The notes beneath the pieces were generated by a model. The model worked only from the letters and a program-made list of their open reading frames with translations. It was not told the origin of the DNA and did no database searches. Below, piece after piece: positions 9,355 to 18,638 of a stretch of DNA of 47,175 nucleotides (the stretch's first letter is position 1; every line of letters begins with the position of its first letter). A program made the translations under genes and the position numbers. Location of the stretch: sequence record SRR9188676_1426. One strand, given 5' to 3'.

Positions 9355-10842
9355 TTAAGAGTTCTCCTGAATAATATTTTTCCAAGCCCTGAAGGCTGCA
9401 TCAATTTTCACTTGATTGTTTTCTTGTGGTAATACTGCTTGGGCTTTTCCAAACAAGACTTTGAGTGAATCTACCGATTCAAAAATTTGTACTCCTAAAC
9501 CAGCCATCAAAGCTACACCCAAAGCAGAAACATCTGGCATACCTTTGTTTACGACGGGAATATTTAATAAATCAGATAAAGTGCTCAATACAAAACCGTT
9601 TGAGGTCATTCCACCATTTACCATTAATTCTTGTAAATGGATTTCTGAATCTTCTTCCATTGCCAAAACAACATCTTTTATCTGAAAAGGAATAGATTCT
9701 AAAGTAGCCCGAACAATATGATTTTTATTTGTTCCAAAAGTTAGACCATGAATTGATGCTTTGCGTTTCATATCCCAATAAGGTGCGCCCAAACCACTAA
9801 AAGCAGGAATCAAATAAACACCTCCGTTGTCTGGAACAGATGTTGCCATACCTTCAGTTTGCTTACTTTCTGCAAATAAACCTAATTCATTTTTCACCCA
9901 TTCTACACTTGCTCCGCAACTTACAATGGCACCTTCTAAAGCATAATCTATTCTTCCTTCAGTACTCCAACAAATGGTGGTAATCATACCATTTTGTGAT
10001 TTTTGAGGCTTATTACCAATGTTCATTAAAATTGAACAGCCAGTTCCTAAAGTAGCTTTGGCAGTTCCTGCTTCAAAGCAACCTTCGCCAAATGCGGCAG
10101 CGTGACTGTCGCCAATCATGCCAGAAATACTGATGGCTTCTGTAAAAATTCCGCCAAAAGTACTTGTTCCAAAATTGGCGGAAGATGCTTTTACTTCAGG
10201 AAGATTAAGTGTTGAAAGATTGAAAGTTGAAAGTAAATCTTTATCCCATTCAAGCGAATGAAGGTTGAAAAACAATGTTCTTGAAGCGTTGGTATAATCC
10301 GTCGCAAATACTTTCCCACCCGTTAATTTATACAATAACCAAGTATCAACTGTTCCAAAAAATGCTTTCCCTTCGTCTATTACTTGTTTGATTGCTGGTT
10401 TGTTTTCATACAACCAAATCAATTTTGTTCCTGAAAAATAAGGGTCGATGATTAAACCTGTTCTTTCTTTAATATTTTCGGCTAAACCTTCTTGATTCAA
10501 ACGTTCGCATACTTGTACCGAACGCTTACATTGCCAAACGACGGCATTATGTAGAGGATTCCCATTTTCATCCCAAAGAATAAAAGTCTCTCTTTGATTA
10601 CTGATGCCACAAGTTTTGATTGCTGATAACTCAAAACCTTTTTCCTGAAAATCGGCTAAACAATTTTTAACGGCTGTCATGGCATTATCAAAAATGCCTT
10701 CTGGGTCTTGTTCTACAAAACCATCTGCTAAATATTGTGTTTGAAGTGGCTCTGAAGCTCGTGCCATCACCTGACCTTTTGCATCAAAAATCAAAGCTTT
10801 GGTACTACTTGTTCCTTGGTCAATTGCCAAAATATATTGCAT
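9355..10842 (-). CDS. FGGY carbohydrate kinase, glycerol-kinase-like (candidate apulose kinase)
   Basis: DQGTSSTKA, NQRET, DPYFSGTK, TDYTNASRT, PAFSGLGAPYW; GDSHAA and TGCS replace GlpK GDQQAA and TGCF. Confidence 0.85.
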   Translation of the reverse strand: MQYILAIDQGTSSTKALIFDAKGQVMARASEPLQTQYLADGFVEQDPEGIFDNAMTAVKNCLADFQEKGFELSAIKTCGISNQRETFILWDENGNPLHNAVVWQCKRSVQVCERLNQEGLAENIKERTGLIIDPYFSGTKLIWLYENKPAIKQVIDEGKAFFGTVDTWLLYKLTGGKVFATDYTNASRTLFFNLHSLEWDKDLLSTFNLSTLNLPEVKASSANFGTSTFGGIFTEAISISGMIGDSHAAAFGEGCFEAGTAKATLGTGCSILMNIGNKPQKSQNGMITTICWSTEGRIDYALEGAIVSCGASVEWVKNELGLFAESKQTEGMATSVPDNGGVYLIPAFSGLGAPYWDMKRKASIHGLTFGTNKNHIVRATLESIPFQIKDVVLAMEEDSEIHLQELMVNGGMTSNGFVLSTLSDLLNIPVVNKGMPDVSALGVALMAGLGVQIFESVDSLKVLFGKAQAVLPQENNQVKIDAAFRAWKNIIQENS

Positions 10843-10847
10843 AGAAA

Positions 10848-11822
10848 TTAATCGTTTTTAGCATTAGCACGGTCGATAATTACCGCTAATAATATCACCA
10901 TTCCTTTTACTACTTGTTGCCAGAAAGGCGATACATTTAATAAAACCAAACCATTATTTAATACTCCAATGATGATTGCTCCGAGAACAGTTCCTAAAAT
11001 TGAGCCTCTCCCACCCGAAAGCGAAGTACCACCAATTACAACTGCGGCAATAGCATCTAATTCATATCCAGTTCCTGCATTGGGTTGGGCAGAATCTAAT
11101 CGGGCAGTGACCATCAAACCGCCTAAAGCGGCTAAACCACCCGCAAGCGTATAAACTATCAATTTAATTTTATGAATTTTAATACCTGATAATCGAGCGG
11201 CATTTTCGTTGCCACCAATGGCATAAATGTAGCGACCTAGCGGTGTTTTTGTAGTAAGTACTATTGCGATAATGATGACAAAAATACTTATCCAAACGGG
11301 AACAGGTACGCCAATAAACCAGCCAGTTCCGATATAATCGAAGTTTGAACCTAAATTACTGATGGGAAAACCTTTCGTCCAAAGCATCGTCAAACCTCTT
11401 GCCATTGTCAGCATAGCTAAAGTTGCTACGAATGGAGGAACTTTGAAACGAGTAATTACCCAACCATTAAAAAAACCCAACGCTCCACCAAAAACTAATC
11501 CTATAATAATTGCTCCCAGTAAAGTAAAACCGATGAATAAATTCTGTGTAGGCAATTCTATGCCATTTTTCAATAATCCCGCCGTAATTGCTCCGCATAA
11601 TGCTAAGACCGAACCTACAGACAAATCAATCCCTGCGGTAAGAACGACTAAAGTCATGCCGACAGAAATACAAATATTTACGGAGATTTGTCGGAGTACA
11701 TTCCAGCCATTTGCAATCGTTAGGAATTTATCAGATAAAATACTGATGATAATACATAGCACAAAAAGGGCAATCAACGATTGCAATTTGTACAATTTCT
11801 CTTTTTGTATAATCAAATTCAT
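10848..11822 (-). CDS. Sugar ABC transporter permease (RbsC family)
   Basis: Hydrophobic; GIDLSVGS, GRYIYAIGGNENAARLSGI, YELDAIAAVVIGGTSLSGG. Confidence 0.92.
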   Translation of the reverse strand: MNLIIQKEKLYKLQSLIALFVLCIIISILSDKFLTIANGWNVLRQISVNICISVGMTLVVLTAGIDLSVGSVLALCGAITAGLLKNGIELPTQNLFIGFTLLGAIIIGLVFGGALGFFNGWVITRFKVPPFVATLAMLTMARGLTMLWTKGFPISNLGSNFDYIGTGWFIGVPVPVWISIFVIIIAIVLTTKTPLGRYIYAIGGNENAARLSGIKIHKIKLIVYTLAGGLAALGGLMVTARLDSAQPNAGTGYELDAIAAVVIGGTSLSGGRGSILGTVLGAIIIGVLNNGLVLLNVSPFWQQVVKGMVILLAVIIDRANAKND

Positions 11823-11860
11823 GTGTATGTCTTTTTGAATTTCTGAACGTTTTTTTCAGC

Positions 11861-13360
11861 TTAGGCTATCGCCGCTTTTAGTAAAATTTCTTCTGAGGCT
11901 TCGTTAATCATATAATCGCCTGTTACTTTTCCATCACTTAATACAATTACTCTATCGCTTACGGCGAAAATCTCAGGCAATTCTGATGAAATCATGATAA
12001 TACCCAAACCAGATTCTGCTAATTGATTGATGAGTTTGTAAATTTCTGCTTTGGCATTAACATCAATTCCTCTGGTTGGTTCGTCCAATAATAATACTTT
12101 TGGTTTAGTCGCCAACCATTTTGCCAAAATGGCTTTTTGCTGATTTCCTCCGCTGAGATTTTTTATCAATTGGTCAGATGATGACGTTTTTATCCGCAAT
12201 TCTTGAATATACTTATCGGCAAGATTATTTTCTTTTCGGTTATCAAGCACGCCATTGCTCAATAAATCAGGAAGCGTGGTGATACAAATATTTTGCTTGA
12301 CACTCAGTTCAGGCACAATTCCGTCTTTTTTTCTGTCTTCACTCACCAAAGCCAAACCCGCTTTCACTGCATTCGCTGGCGAATGAATATGAAGACGCTG
12401 TCCTTCCATCAATACTTCTCCTGAAACTTTGCGTGGCGCCAAACCAAAAATGGCTTCAAACAATTCAGTTCGGCCTGCTCCCATCAATCCAAAAATGCCC
12501 AGAATTTCGCCTTTATTAAGTACAAATGAAATATCTTTTAGTAAATCACTTTTTCCGAAAGTTTCGTGTTTGATGCCTAAATGACTTACTCTTAACAATT
12601 CGGTTTTACTTCCCTCCTGTTTTTTCTTCGGAATCATCACCAATTCACGACCTACCATTTTTGAAACGATATTGTCACGAGTAACGGCACTCATCTCCCC
12701 CGATTCTATACTTTTTCCATCACGCAAAACAGTATAAGTATCAGCGATTTTAAAAAGCTCGTCGAGTTTATGGGAAATATAGGCAATGGCTTTTCCTTCT
12801 GCTTTTAGTGCCGTGATAATCTCAAACAAAACATCTACTTCAGCACCTGTGATAGCAGAAGTTGGTTCGTCCATGATAATTACTTTGGCATCAACTAACA
12901 AAGCTTTGGCAATTTCAATCAGTTGTTGTTGACCAACTTTCAGGTTTTTTACTGGCGTATTCGGGTCGATATTTAAACGTAATTTCTGTAATAAAGTTTG
13001 CGTTTTTTTCAGCATAAAAGCCTTATCCAACAGCCCAAAAGCATTACTTACTTCTCTTCCTAAAAAAATATTTTCTACTACACTCAAATAAGGAATCATA
13101 TTTAATTCCTGATGAATGATGGCGATTCCAGCATTTTCAGCTTCTTTGGTACTCGCAAATTTATGTGGCTTATTTTGTAGGTAAATCGTCCCTTCATATT
13201 CTGTATAAACACCACTCAAAATCTTCATTAAAGTAGATTTTCCTGCTCCGTTTTCACCGATGATGGCATTTACTTTGCCAGCCTGTAAATCAATACAAAC
13301 GGCATCAAGAGCAGTAACGCCCGAGAATTTTTTAGTAATATTTTTCGCTGATAACATCAT
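11861..13360 (-). CDS. Sugar ABC transporter ATP-binding protein (RbsA family, two ABC domains)
   Basis: Walker A GENGAGKST, MDEPT, LSGGNQQK, LLDEPTRGIDV. Confidence 0.93.
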   Translation of the reverse strand: MMLSAKNITKKFSGVTALDAVCIDLQAGKVNAIIGENGAGKSTLMKILSGVYTEYEGTIYLQNKPHKFASTKEAENAGIAIIHQELNMIPYLSVVENIFLGREVSNAFGLLDKAFMLKKTQTLLQKLRLNIDPNTPVKNLKVGQQQLIEIAKALLVDAKVIIMDEPTSAITGAEVDVLFEIITALKAEGKAIAYISHKLDELFKIADTYTVLRDGKSIESGEMSAVTRDNIVSKMVGRELVMIPKKKQEGSKTELLRVSHLGIKHETFGKSDLLKDISFVLNKGEILGIFGLMGAGRTELFEAIFGLAPRKVSGEVLMEGQRLHIHSPANAVKAGLALVSEDRKKDGIVPELSVKQNICITTLPDLLSNGVLDNRKENNLADKYIQELRIKTSSSDQLIKNLSGGNQQKAILAKWLATKPKVLLLDEPTRGIDVNAKAEIYKLINQLAESGLGIIMISSELPEIFAVSDRVIVLSDGKVTGDYMINEASEEILLKAAIA

Positions 13361-13369
13361 TGAGCCTGC

Positions 13370-13993
13370 TTATATTTTATTGAATTCGATAGGTAAAATC
13401 TCAAGATTTTGAAGCTTCAAATACTCTTGGTTCATTTCTAAAGCCCCTACAAATTGAATGGAATCGCCTACTTTTATTTGCTTTTTAAAAGCGGGTACTC
13501 TTTCGGTTCTGATGATTTTATTGATTTCAGAAGAAATATTATTGATGTCGGAAGTATTGGTAAATTGTTTAATATCAAATACGCCAGCGGCATCACGAAT
13601 GGCATTTCCGTAGATAAATTCTGTGGCTAATTTTACACTGATTGGCTGTGTTTGATTGGGCAACAAAACTTGTATTTCATCGTCCTGAATCTTGGTAATT
13701 TGCCCTTCTCCTTTTACCAAAAAGTACCTGATATTGCCAATTGCTACAGCATTTGACATTTCTTGAAATGCTTTTTTAGGCTCTTTAGCAAGTACTTCTA
13801 AAAGTGTTGCCACTGAAGGCGCTTTACTGAAACTTGGAGGAAGTGTTTTTTCTAAAAAATTATGGGCAAAAGCCAAAGCATCAAAGGTTTCTGTTGAAGC
13901 TTTTTTTACTTCGTCCAGTTTTTTTATTTCGATAGAATGATAGCCAATAAAAAGTACTGCAATGCTAGCAACAACAATTTTGACGATTTTCAT
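13370..13993 (-). CDS. DUF2291 family membrane-anchored protein associated with sugar ABC importers
   Basis: N-terminal hydrophobic anchor; YGNAIRDA...F...F...N.IS.EIN pattern; lies between the SBP and ATPase genes. Confidence 0.75.
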   Translation of the reverse strand: MKIVKIVVASIAVLFIGYHSIEIKKLDEVKKASTETFDALAFAHNFLEKTLPPSFSKAPSVATLLEVLAKEPKKAFQEMSNAVAIGNIRYFLVKGEGQITKIQDDEIQVLLPNQTQPISVKLATEFIYGNAIRDAAGVFDIKQFTNTSDINNISSEINKIIRTERVPAFKKQIKVGDSIQFVGALEMNQEYLKLQNLEILPIEFNKI

Positions 13994-14132
13994 AGTGATG
14001 GTTTTGAATTATGAGTTGTGAACTTAAAGCCCTATTTTTCGTAAATTAGTTTACTCTTCACGTCGTTTTTTCAAAGACTACTTAAATGATTTTGAGGTTG
14101 AATTGACATAAAATCAATTCATTTATTTTCAA

Positions 14133-15068
14133 TTATTTTTTACCGAAAGCGGTATAATGAGCAATGTTCTCTTTGGTCACTAATTCTACTGCTACAGGAA
14201 TTTTGGCAGGAAAATCTCTTTTACCTTTCAAATATTCATCGGCATAAACGGCTGCCATTTGTGCCATTACTTTCGGAAATTGCATGCCTGTTGCGGCAAC
14301 TTTTCCGTCTTTGATTGCTCCTACTACATCGTCTGCTCCGTCAAAACCAAATACTTTTATTTTATTAGCTTTGCCAGCACCTGCCAAGGCTTGATAAGCA
14401 CCCATTGCCATCGCATCATTTCCACAAAAAACGGCATCAATATTTGGTTGAGCTTGCAAAATAGATTCCATTACTTCCATCGCTTTGTTGCGGTCGAAAT
14501 CTGCACTTTGTTGTGCCACCATTTTGAGATTTGGGTAATTATCGACCAAACTATGAAAGCCTTTTGAACGAGCCCAAGTATTATTATCGCCCACCAAACC
14601 AAGTAATTCTACATAATTGCCTTTTTTGTTGAGTTGCTGCACAAAGAATTTTCCAATGGCTACGCATCCAGAAAAACTATCCGATAAAATTTGTGAAGTA
14701 GCGGCATTGGCTGAATTAATTTCTCTGTCCATACAAAAAACTGGAATACCCGCATCTTTGGCTTTCAGAACATTTACCACACTTCCGTCGGCATCAGTTG
14801 GATTAAATAAAATTGCTTGATAACCCGAAACAATGGCATTTTCGAAATGGTCTGATTCCAAAGCAGTATTATTTTGCGAATCAAATATTTTGGTTTCATA
14901 GCCTAATTCTTTGGCTTTTGCGGCGGCATTTTCAGCCAAAAACACAAACCAAGGATTGTTTAGGGTGGAAACGACAATCGCCATTTTCTTTGGACCTTCC
15001 GAAGTTTTTTTCTGCTGACAAGCCATCGTCAACAAAAACAACAACATTAGGGATAGATATTTTTTCAT
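14133..15068 (-). CDS. Sugar ABC transporter substrate-binding lipoprotein (RbsB-like; candidate D-apiose binding)
   Basis: Lipoprotein signal ...[32 protein letters not shown] motifs. Confidence 0.88.
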   Translation of the reverse strand: MKKYLSLMLLFLLTMACQQKKTSEGPKKMAIVVSTLNNPWFVFLAENAAAKAKELGYETKIFDSQNNTALESDHFENAIVSGYQAILFNPTDADGSVVNVLKAKDAGIPVFCMDREINSANAATSQILSDSFSGCVAIGKFFVQQLNKKGNYVELLGLVGDNNTWARSKGFHSLVDNYPNLKMVAQQSADFDRNKAMEVMESILQAQPNIDAVFCGNDAMAMGAYQALAGAGKANKIKVFGFDGADDVVGAIKDGKVAATGMQFPKVMAQMAAVYADEYLKGKRDFPAKIPVAVELVTKENIAHYTAFGKK

Positions 15069-15069
15069 G

Positions 15070-16689
15070 TTAATTAGGAATTTCAGTGATTCTTAAAGCT
15101 AAATATGGCTTTAAAGGAAGTCTTACTTGTTTCAGGTCTTTATCGTAGAGGCGATAATCATTTACTTCTGAAAGCTCAAAAGTGCTTGGAACTACTTTGG
15201 TGGTCATCTCCCAAGTATCAATAATTTCAACTTTATAGCGATTCCCTTTTTTAGGTTTTTCAAATTCAGCATTTTTATTGGGCAAATTAAAAAGCCATTG
15301 CTGATTGATTTCTTTACCGAAATAAATCAAATAAACACCTTTCCCACTGGTGACGATTTTACTGTCTCGACTAATATCAGCGGGTTCAAGTGGTGCATTA
15401 ATTTCTTCTAAAATTGTTCTCAGAAAAGCTACTCTTTTCCAGCTTGTCCCTTTAAATCCTCCACCTTTTGCCCAAAAAACAGTATCTCTATGGTCTTTAA
15501 ACATGTACGATTCGCCATGAGTAACATAAGTACCACCGATAATGCCCATCCAAATCAAATGATTCATTTCCTCTCCGCTGTAGCGTCCCCAACGTTGTTT
15601 CAAATTTCCTTCGTAGCCCACTTCATCGTAAATAATTGGCTTATTGTAAATATTTCGGGCGATAGAAGCAGCTCCCCAATTCATCACTGGTGCTTCGTCT
15701 TGTACAGAAACATGTGTAAATTCTGGTCGCCAATATTCAAAGTATTTTGCGGTGCTTCCATGAATTGAACATAAATGACGATATGGGTCATTTTTTACAA
15801 CTGCTTTGGTCAAAGTCAACCAATCGGCATTGGTTTTACTTTTCACATAATCATATTCATTGGCTAAAGACCACCAAATATTTCGAAAGGAAGCCAAACG
15901 AGCGGTTAAATATTGAATATAATTGAGATTCGCTTCCATTGGCATTTCATCAAATCCCCATCTTCCTTTGTCGTAAGGATGAAAAATAATTAAATCCGTT
16001 TCGATGCCTAAATCACGCAGATTATCAATTCTCTTTTCTAAATGTTGGAAAAACGCTGGATTGAATTTTGTAAAATCCCAAACCTTTACTTCTTTTCCAT
16101 TCGCATCTTTTTTTACTTCTTTCAATTCATAAGGGAAAAGTGTTGGTTCTTCTTTCACTAAATCATAATTTTTCGGAAAAACACCCATCCTGATTTTATT
16201 GAAACCTGTATTTTTCAAGGTTCTAAGCGTCAGTTCTTGCACTTCGTTTGTCATGTGCGTCCAAGCGTAAGACGTAGTTCCTAAGGGAAAATACTGTTTT
16301 CCATCGGCATATTTAAAAGCATAAACATCACTTACTTTCACCATTCCGTGATTATTCCCTGTCGCTTTTACGCACTCAAACGTTCCTTTTTTGTTGTTCA
16401 AAACCGCAATATTACTTTGGGTAACGTAATTCCACGTTCCGGTTTTTTGTGGCATAAAACGAATGATAAAATTGTCGTTGCCATCATAAAAACCAGCAAT
16501 TGTGTAAGAAGTATCTTTACTTGTAAATGTCGCTTTCAAATTCACATTCGTGAAAGCATTTACTTTTGACTGATATTTTAAAGTAAGTTCAAATCTATCC
16601 CATTGTTCAATTGTTGATTGAGCATTGGTTGAATGAAAAATAAAGAAAAACAGAGAGTAAGCTAAAAGATATTTCAAAAGAACTTTCAT
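15070..16689 (-). CDS. Secreted DUF5060/DUF4038/DUF5605 protein, apiosidase-like (GH140-related) glycoside hydrolase
   Basis: Signal peptide; [10 protein letters not shown] and GFYDG..RFMP (DUF5060); [41 protein letters not shown] at the C-terminus. Confidence 0.75.
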   Translation of the reverse strand: MKVLLKYLLAYSLFFFIFHSTNAQSTIEQWDRFELTLKYQSKVNAFTNVNLKATFTSKDTSYTIAGFYDGNDNFIIRFMPQKTGTWNYVTQSNIAVLNNKKGTFECVKATGNNHGMVKVSDVYAFKYADGKQYFPLGTTSYAWTHMTNEVQELTLRTLKNTGFNKIRMGVFPKNYDLVKEEPTLFPYELKEVKKDANGKEVKVWDFTKFNPAFFQHLEKRIDNLRDLGIETDLIIFHPYDKGRWGFDEMPMEANLNYIQYLTARLASFRNIWWSLANEYDYVKSKTNADWLTLTKAVVKNDPYRHLCSIHGSTAKYFEYWRPEFTHVSVQDEAPVMNWGAASIARNIYNKPIIYDEVGYEGNLKQRWGRYSGEEMNHLIWMGIIGGTYVTHGESYMFKDHRDTVFWAKGGGFKGTSWKRVAFLRTILEEINAPLEPADISRDSKIVTSGKGVYLIYFGKEINQQWLFNLPNKNAEFEKPKKGNRYKVEIIDTWEMTTKVVPSTFELSEVNDYRLYDKDLKQVRLPLKPYLALRITEIPN

Positions 16690-16715
16690 CGCTTGAATCG
16701 ATAATGATTTAAATG

Positions 16716-17681
16716 CTACTGATTATTCAATAATTTTAAAGCCTCATTTTTGATTCCGATTCCCGAAATGCCATAATGGTTAAAAATCTCATTTTGCGAA
16801 CCACTTACGGTATATTCATCAGGTAATCCAATAATTTTAAAAGGCTTAGTTAACTGATTTTGAAGTAAAAAAGAAGCACAAGCTTCACCCAAACCACCAT
16901 AGACGCTGTGTTCTTCTACTGTAATAATTGCTTTACATTGTTGTGCATATTGAGCAATCAGTTCAGTATCAAGTGGTTTGATGGTGTGCATACTTATCAC
17001 GGCGGCATCAATATTTTCTGTTGCCAATTGTTCTGCGGCTTGCAAAGCTGGATATACTGCTTCGCCAGTGGCAATGAGTACAATATCTTTTCCTTCTTTG
17101 ATGACTCTTCCTTTTCCAAACTCAAATTTGGTATTGGTTTCGCTTAATAATGGCATTACTTTTTTGCCAAAACGAATGTAAAAAGGCGAATCAGTTGCAG
17201 CAGCTTGACGGATAGCTTCAGCAGTTTCAAAATTATCGGCTGGTGCAACAACCGTAAGATTATTGATGGCACGCATCACCGCATAATCGTGCAAACTGTG
17301 GTGCGTACTTCCTAAAGCGCCATAACTTACGCCAGCACTGATACCGATAAGTTTTACTGGATTATCGGAGTAAGCGACATCGTTTTTGATTTGCTCTAAA
17401 GCTCTTGCTGCTAAAAAACAAGCTGGCGAAACAGCAAATACTTTTTTGCCAGATGAAGCCAAACCTGCCGCCATGCCTACTAAATGCTGTTCGGCGATGC
17501 CTACTTCTACGATTTGTTTTGGATATTTTTGTCCGAATGGGACTAACTTTCCTGAACCTCTTGAGTCACTGGTTACTACCAATAAATTCTTGTCGGTTTC
17601 TGCCAATGTTTGGAGTACTTCTGAAAAAATATCCAAATTGGCTTTATCTTTTGTAGCGATATTATCAATTGTTGCTCCCAA
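16716..17681 (-). CDS. Transketolase C-terminal subunit (candidate apulose-4-phosphate transketolase B)
   Basis: EVGIAEQHLVGMAAGLA, EQIKND, GSTHHSLHD, TIKPLD, TVEEHSVYGGLG; TTG start. Confidence 0.9.
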   Translation of the reverse strand: MGATIDNIATKDKANLDIFSEVLQTLAETDKNLLVVTSDSRGSGKLVPFGQKYPKQIVEVGIAEQHLVGMAAGLASSGKKVFAVSPACFLAARALEQIKNDVAYSDNPVKLIGISAGVSYGALGSTHHSLHDYAVMRAINNLTVVAPADNFETAEAIRQAAATDSPFYIRFGKKVMPLLSETNTKFEFGKGRVIKEGKDIVLIATGEAVYPALQAAEQLATENIDAAVISMHTIKPLDTELIAQYAQQCKAIITVEEHSVYGGLGEACASFLLQNQLTKPFKIIGLPDEYTVSGSQNEIFNHYGISGIGIKNEALKLLNNQ

Positions 17682-17702
17682 TTTCTTAAGCGATTTAAGG
17701 GT

Positions 17703-18536
17703 TTAAGCTAAAGAAAGACTTTCTTGAACGCTTGTCAATTCTTCAATAGCTTGCTGATATTGTTCTGGAGAAGGTACTCCATGATGCCATTTCAAGGTAT
17801 TTTCCATGTAACTAACACCTTTCCCTTTTACGGTTTTGGCAATAATTACACTTGGTTTTCCTACTTCAAAAGGCAAAGCGTTGAAAGCTTCTTGAAGGGC
17901 TTCAATATTATTACCATCAATAATTCTAACTGCCCAGCCGAAGCTTTCAAACTTTTTGTCTAGTGGTTCGGTATTACATACTTCATGCGTTGGTGCAGTA
18001 ATTTGTAAGCCATTCAAATCAACAATGGCACATAAATTATCTAATTTATAATGCGCTGCTGAAAGTGCGGCTTCCCAATTACTTCCTTCGGGCAATTCGC
18101 CATCGCCTAGAAGGGTAAATACTTTATAATCAACATTATCTAATTTAGCAGCTAGGGCATTTCCACAGCTCATCGAAAGTCCGTGACCTAAAGCACCAGT
18201 ATTTTGCTCAACGCCATTTACTTTTTTGGTTGGATGACCTATATAATAAGATTTGTACTGACAAAGTGTTTCTAAGGCTGATTCTGGGAAGAAACCTTTG
18301 TCGGCTAAAACGACATACAAAGCTTCTACACAATGTCCTTTACTTTGAATGTATCTGTCACGAAGCCCAGATTTAAAATTCTCTGGATTTACGTTCAGTA
18401 CATCATTATACAATACATTCAAAATATCAATACAAGAAAGTGAACCACCTGTATGCCCAGCTTTTGCTTGGTAAATGTATTTCAGTATTTTCTTGCGATA
18501 TTCAACTGATTTAAGTTGTAACTCTTTGGTTGTCAT
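17703..18536 (-). CDS. Transketolase N-terminal subunit (candidate apulose-4-phosphate transketolase A)
   Basis: GHTGGSLS, DRYIQSKGH, TGALGHG, TPP motif GDGELPEGSNWEA...N, TVKGKG. Confidence 0.9.
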   Translation of the reverse strand: MTTKELQLKSVEYRKKILKYIYQAKAGHTGGSLSCIDILNVLYNDVLNVNPENFKSGLRDRYIQSKGHCVEALYVVLADKGFFPESALETLCQYKSYYIGHPTKKVNGVEQNTGALGHGLSMSCGNALAAKLDNVDYKVFTLLGDGELPEGSNWEAALSAAHYKLDNLCAIVDLNGLQITAPTHEVCNTEPLDKKFESFGWAVRIIDGNNIEALQEAFNALPFEVGKPSVIIAKTVKGKGVSYMENTLKWHHGVPSPEQYQQAIEELTSVQESLSLA

Positions 18537-18638
18537 AAGAAATCTTTTTAATGAAAAATATTACCTTAGCATAGTTTGGCTGGCTCGAAAGTGTTATCAT
18601 CAAGCTTGATTCTTCCAATATCCAAACCTTTTCACATA

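Noticed and set aside
11362-11838. 158-aa plus-strand ORF and the other short antisense or nested ORFs in the track
   Set aside because: They lie wholly or mostly within well-supported genes and show no motifs; they are shadow frames.
9355-15068. Calling the kinase glpK and the transporter rbsABC
   Set aside because: No glpD/glpF or rbsK/rbsD nearby, the kinase pocket is altered, and the context points to another sugar, so symbols were withheld.
16716-18536. Split transketolase as a frameshifted pseudogene
   Set aside because: Both halves have the size and motifs of natural two-subunit transketolases, separated by a clean 21-bp gap.
18599-18610. 12-bp palindrome ATCAAGCTTGAT between DUF1593 and transketolase
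   Set aside because: Single occurrence, no associated promoter, and plausible by chance in 47 kb of AT-rich DNA.
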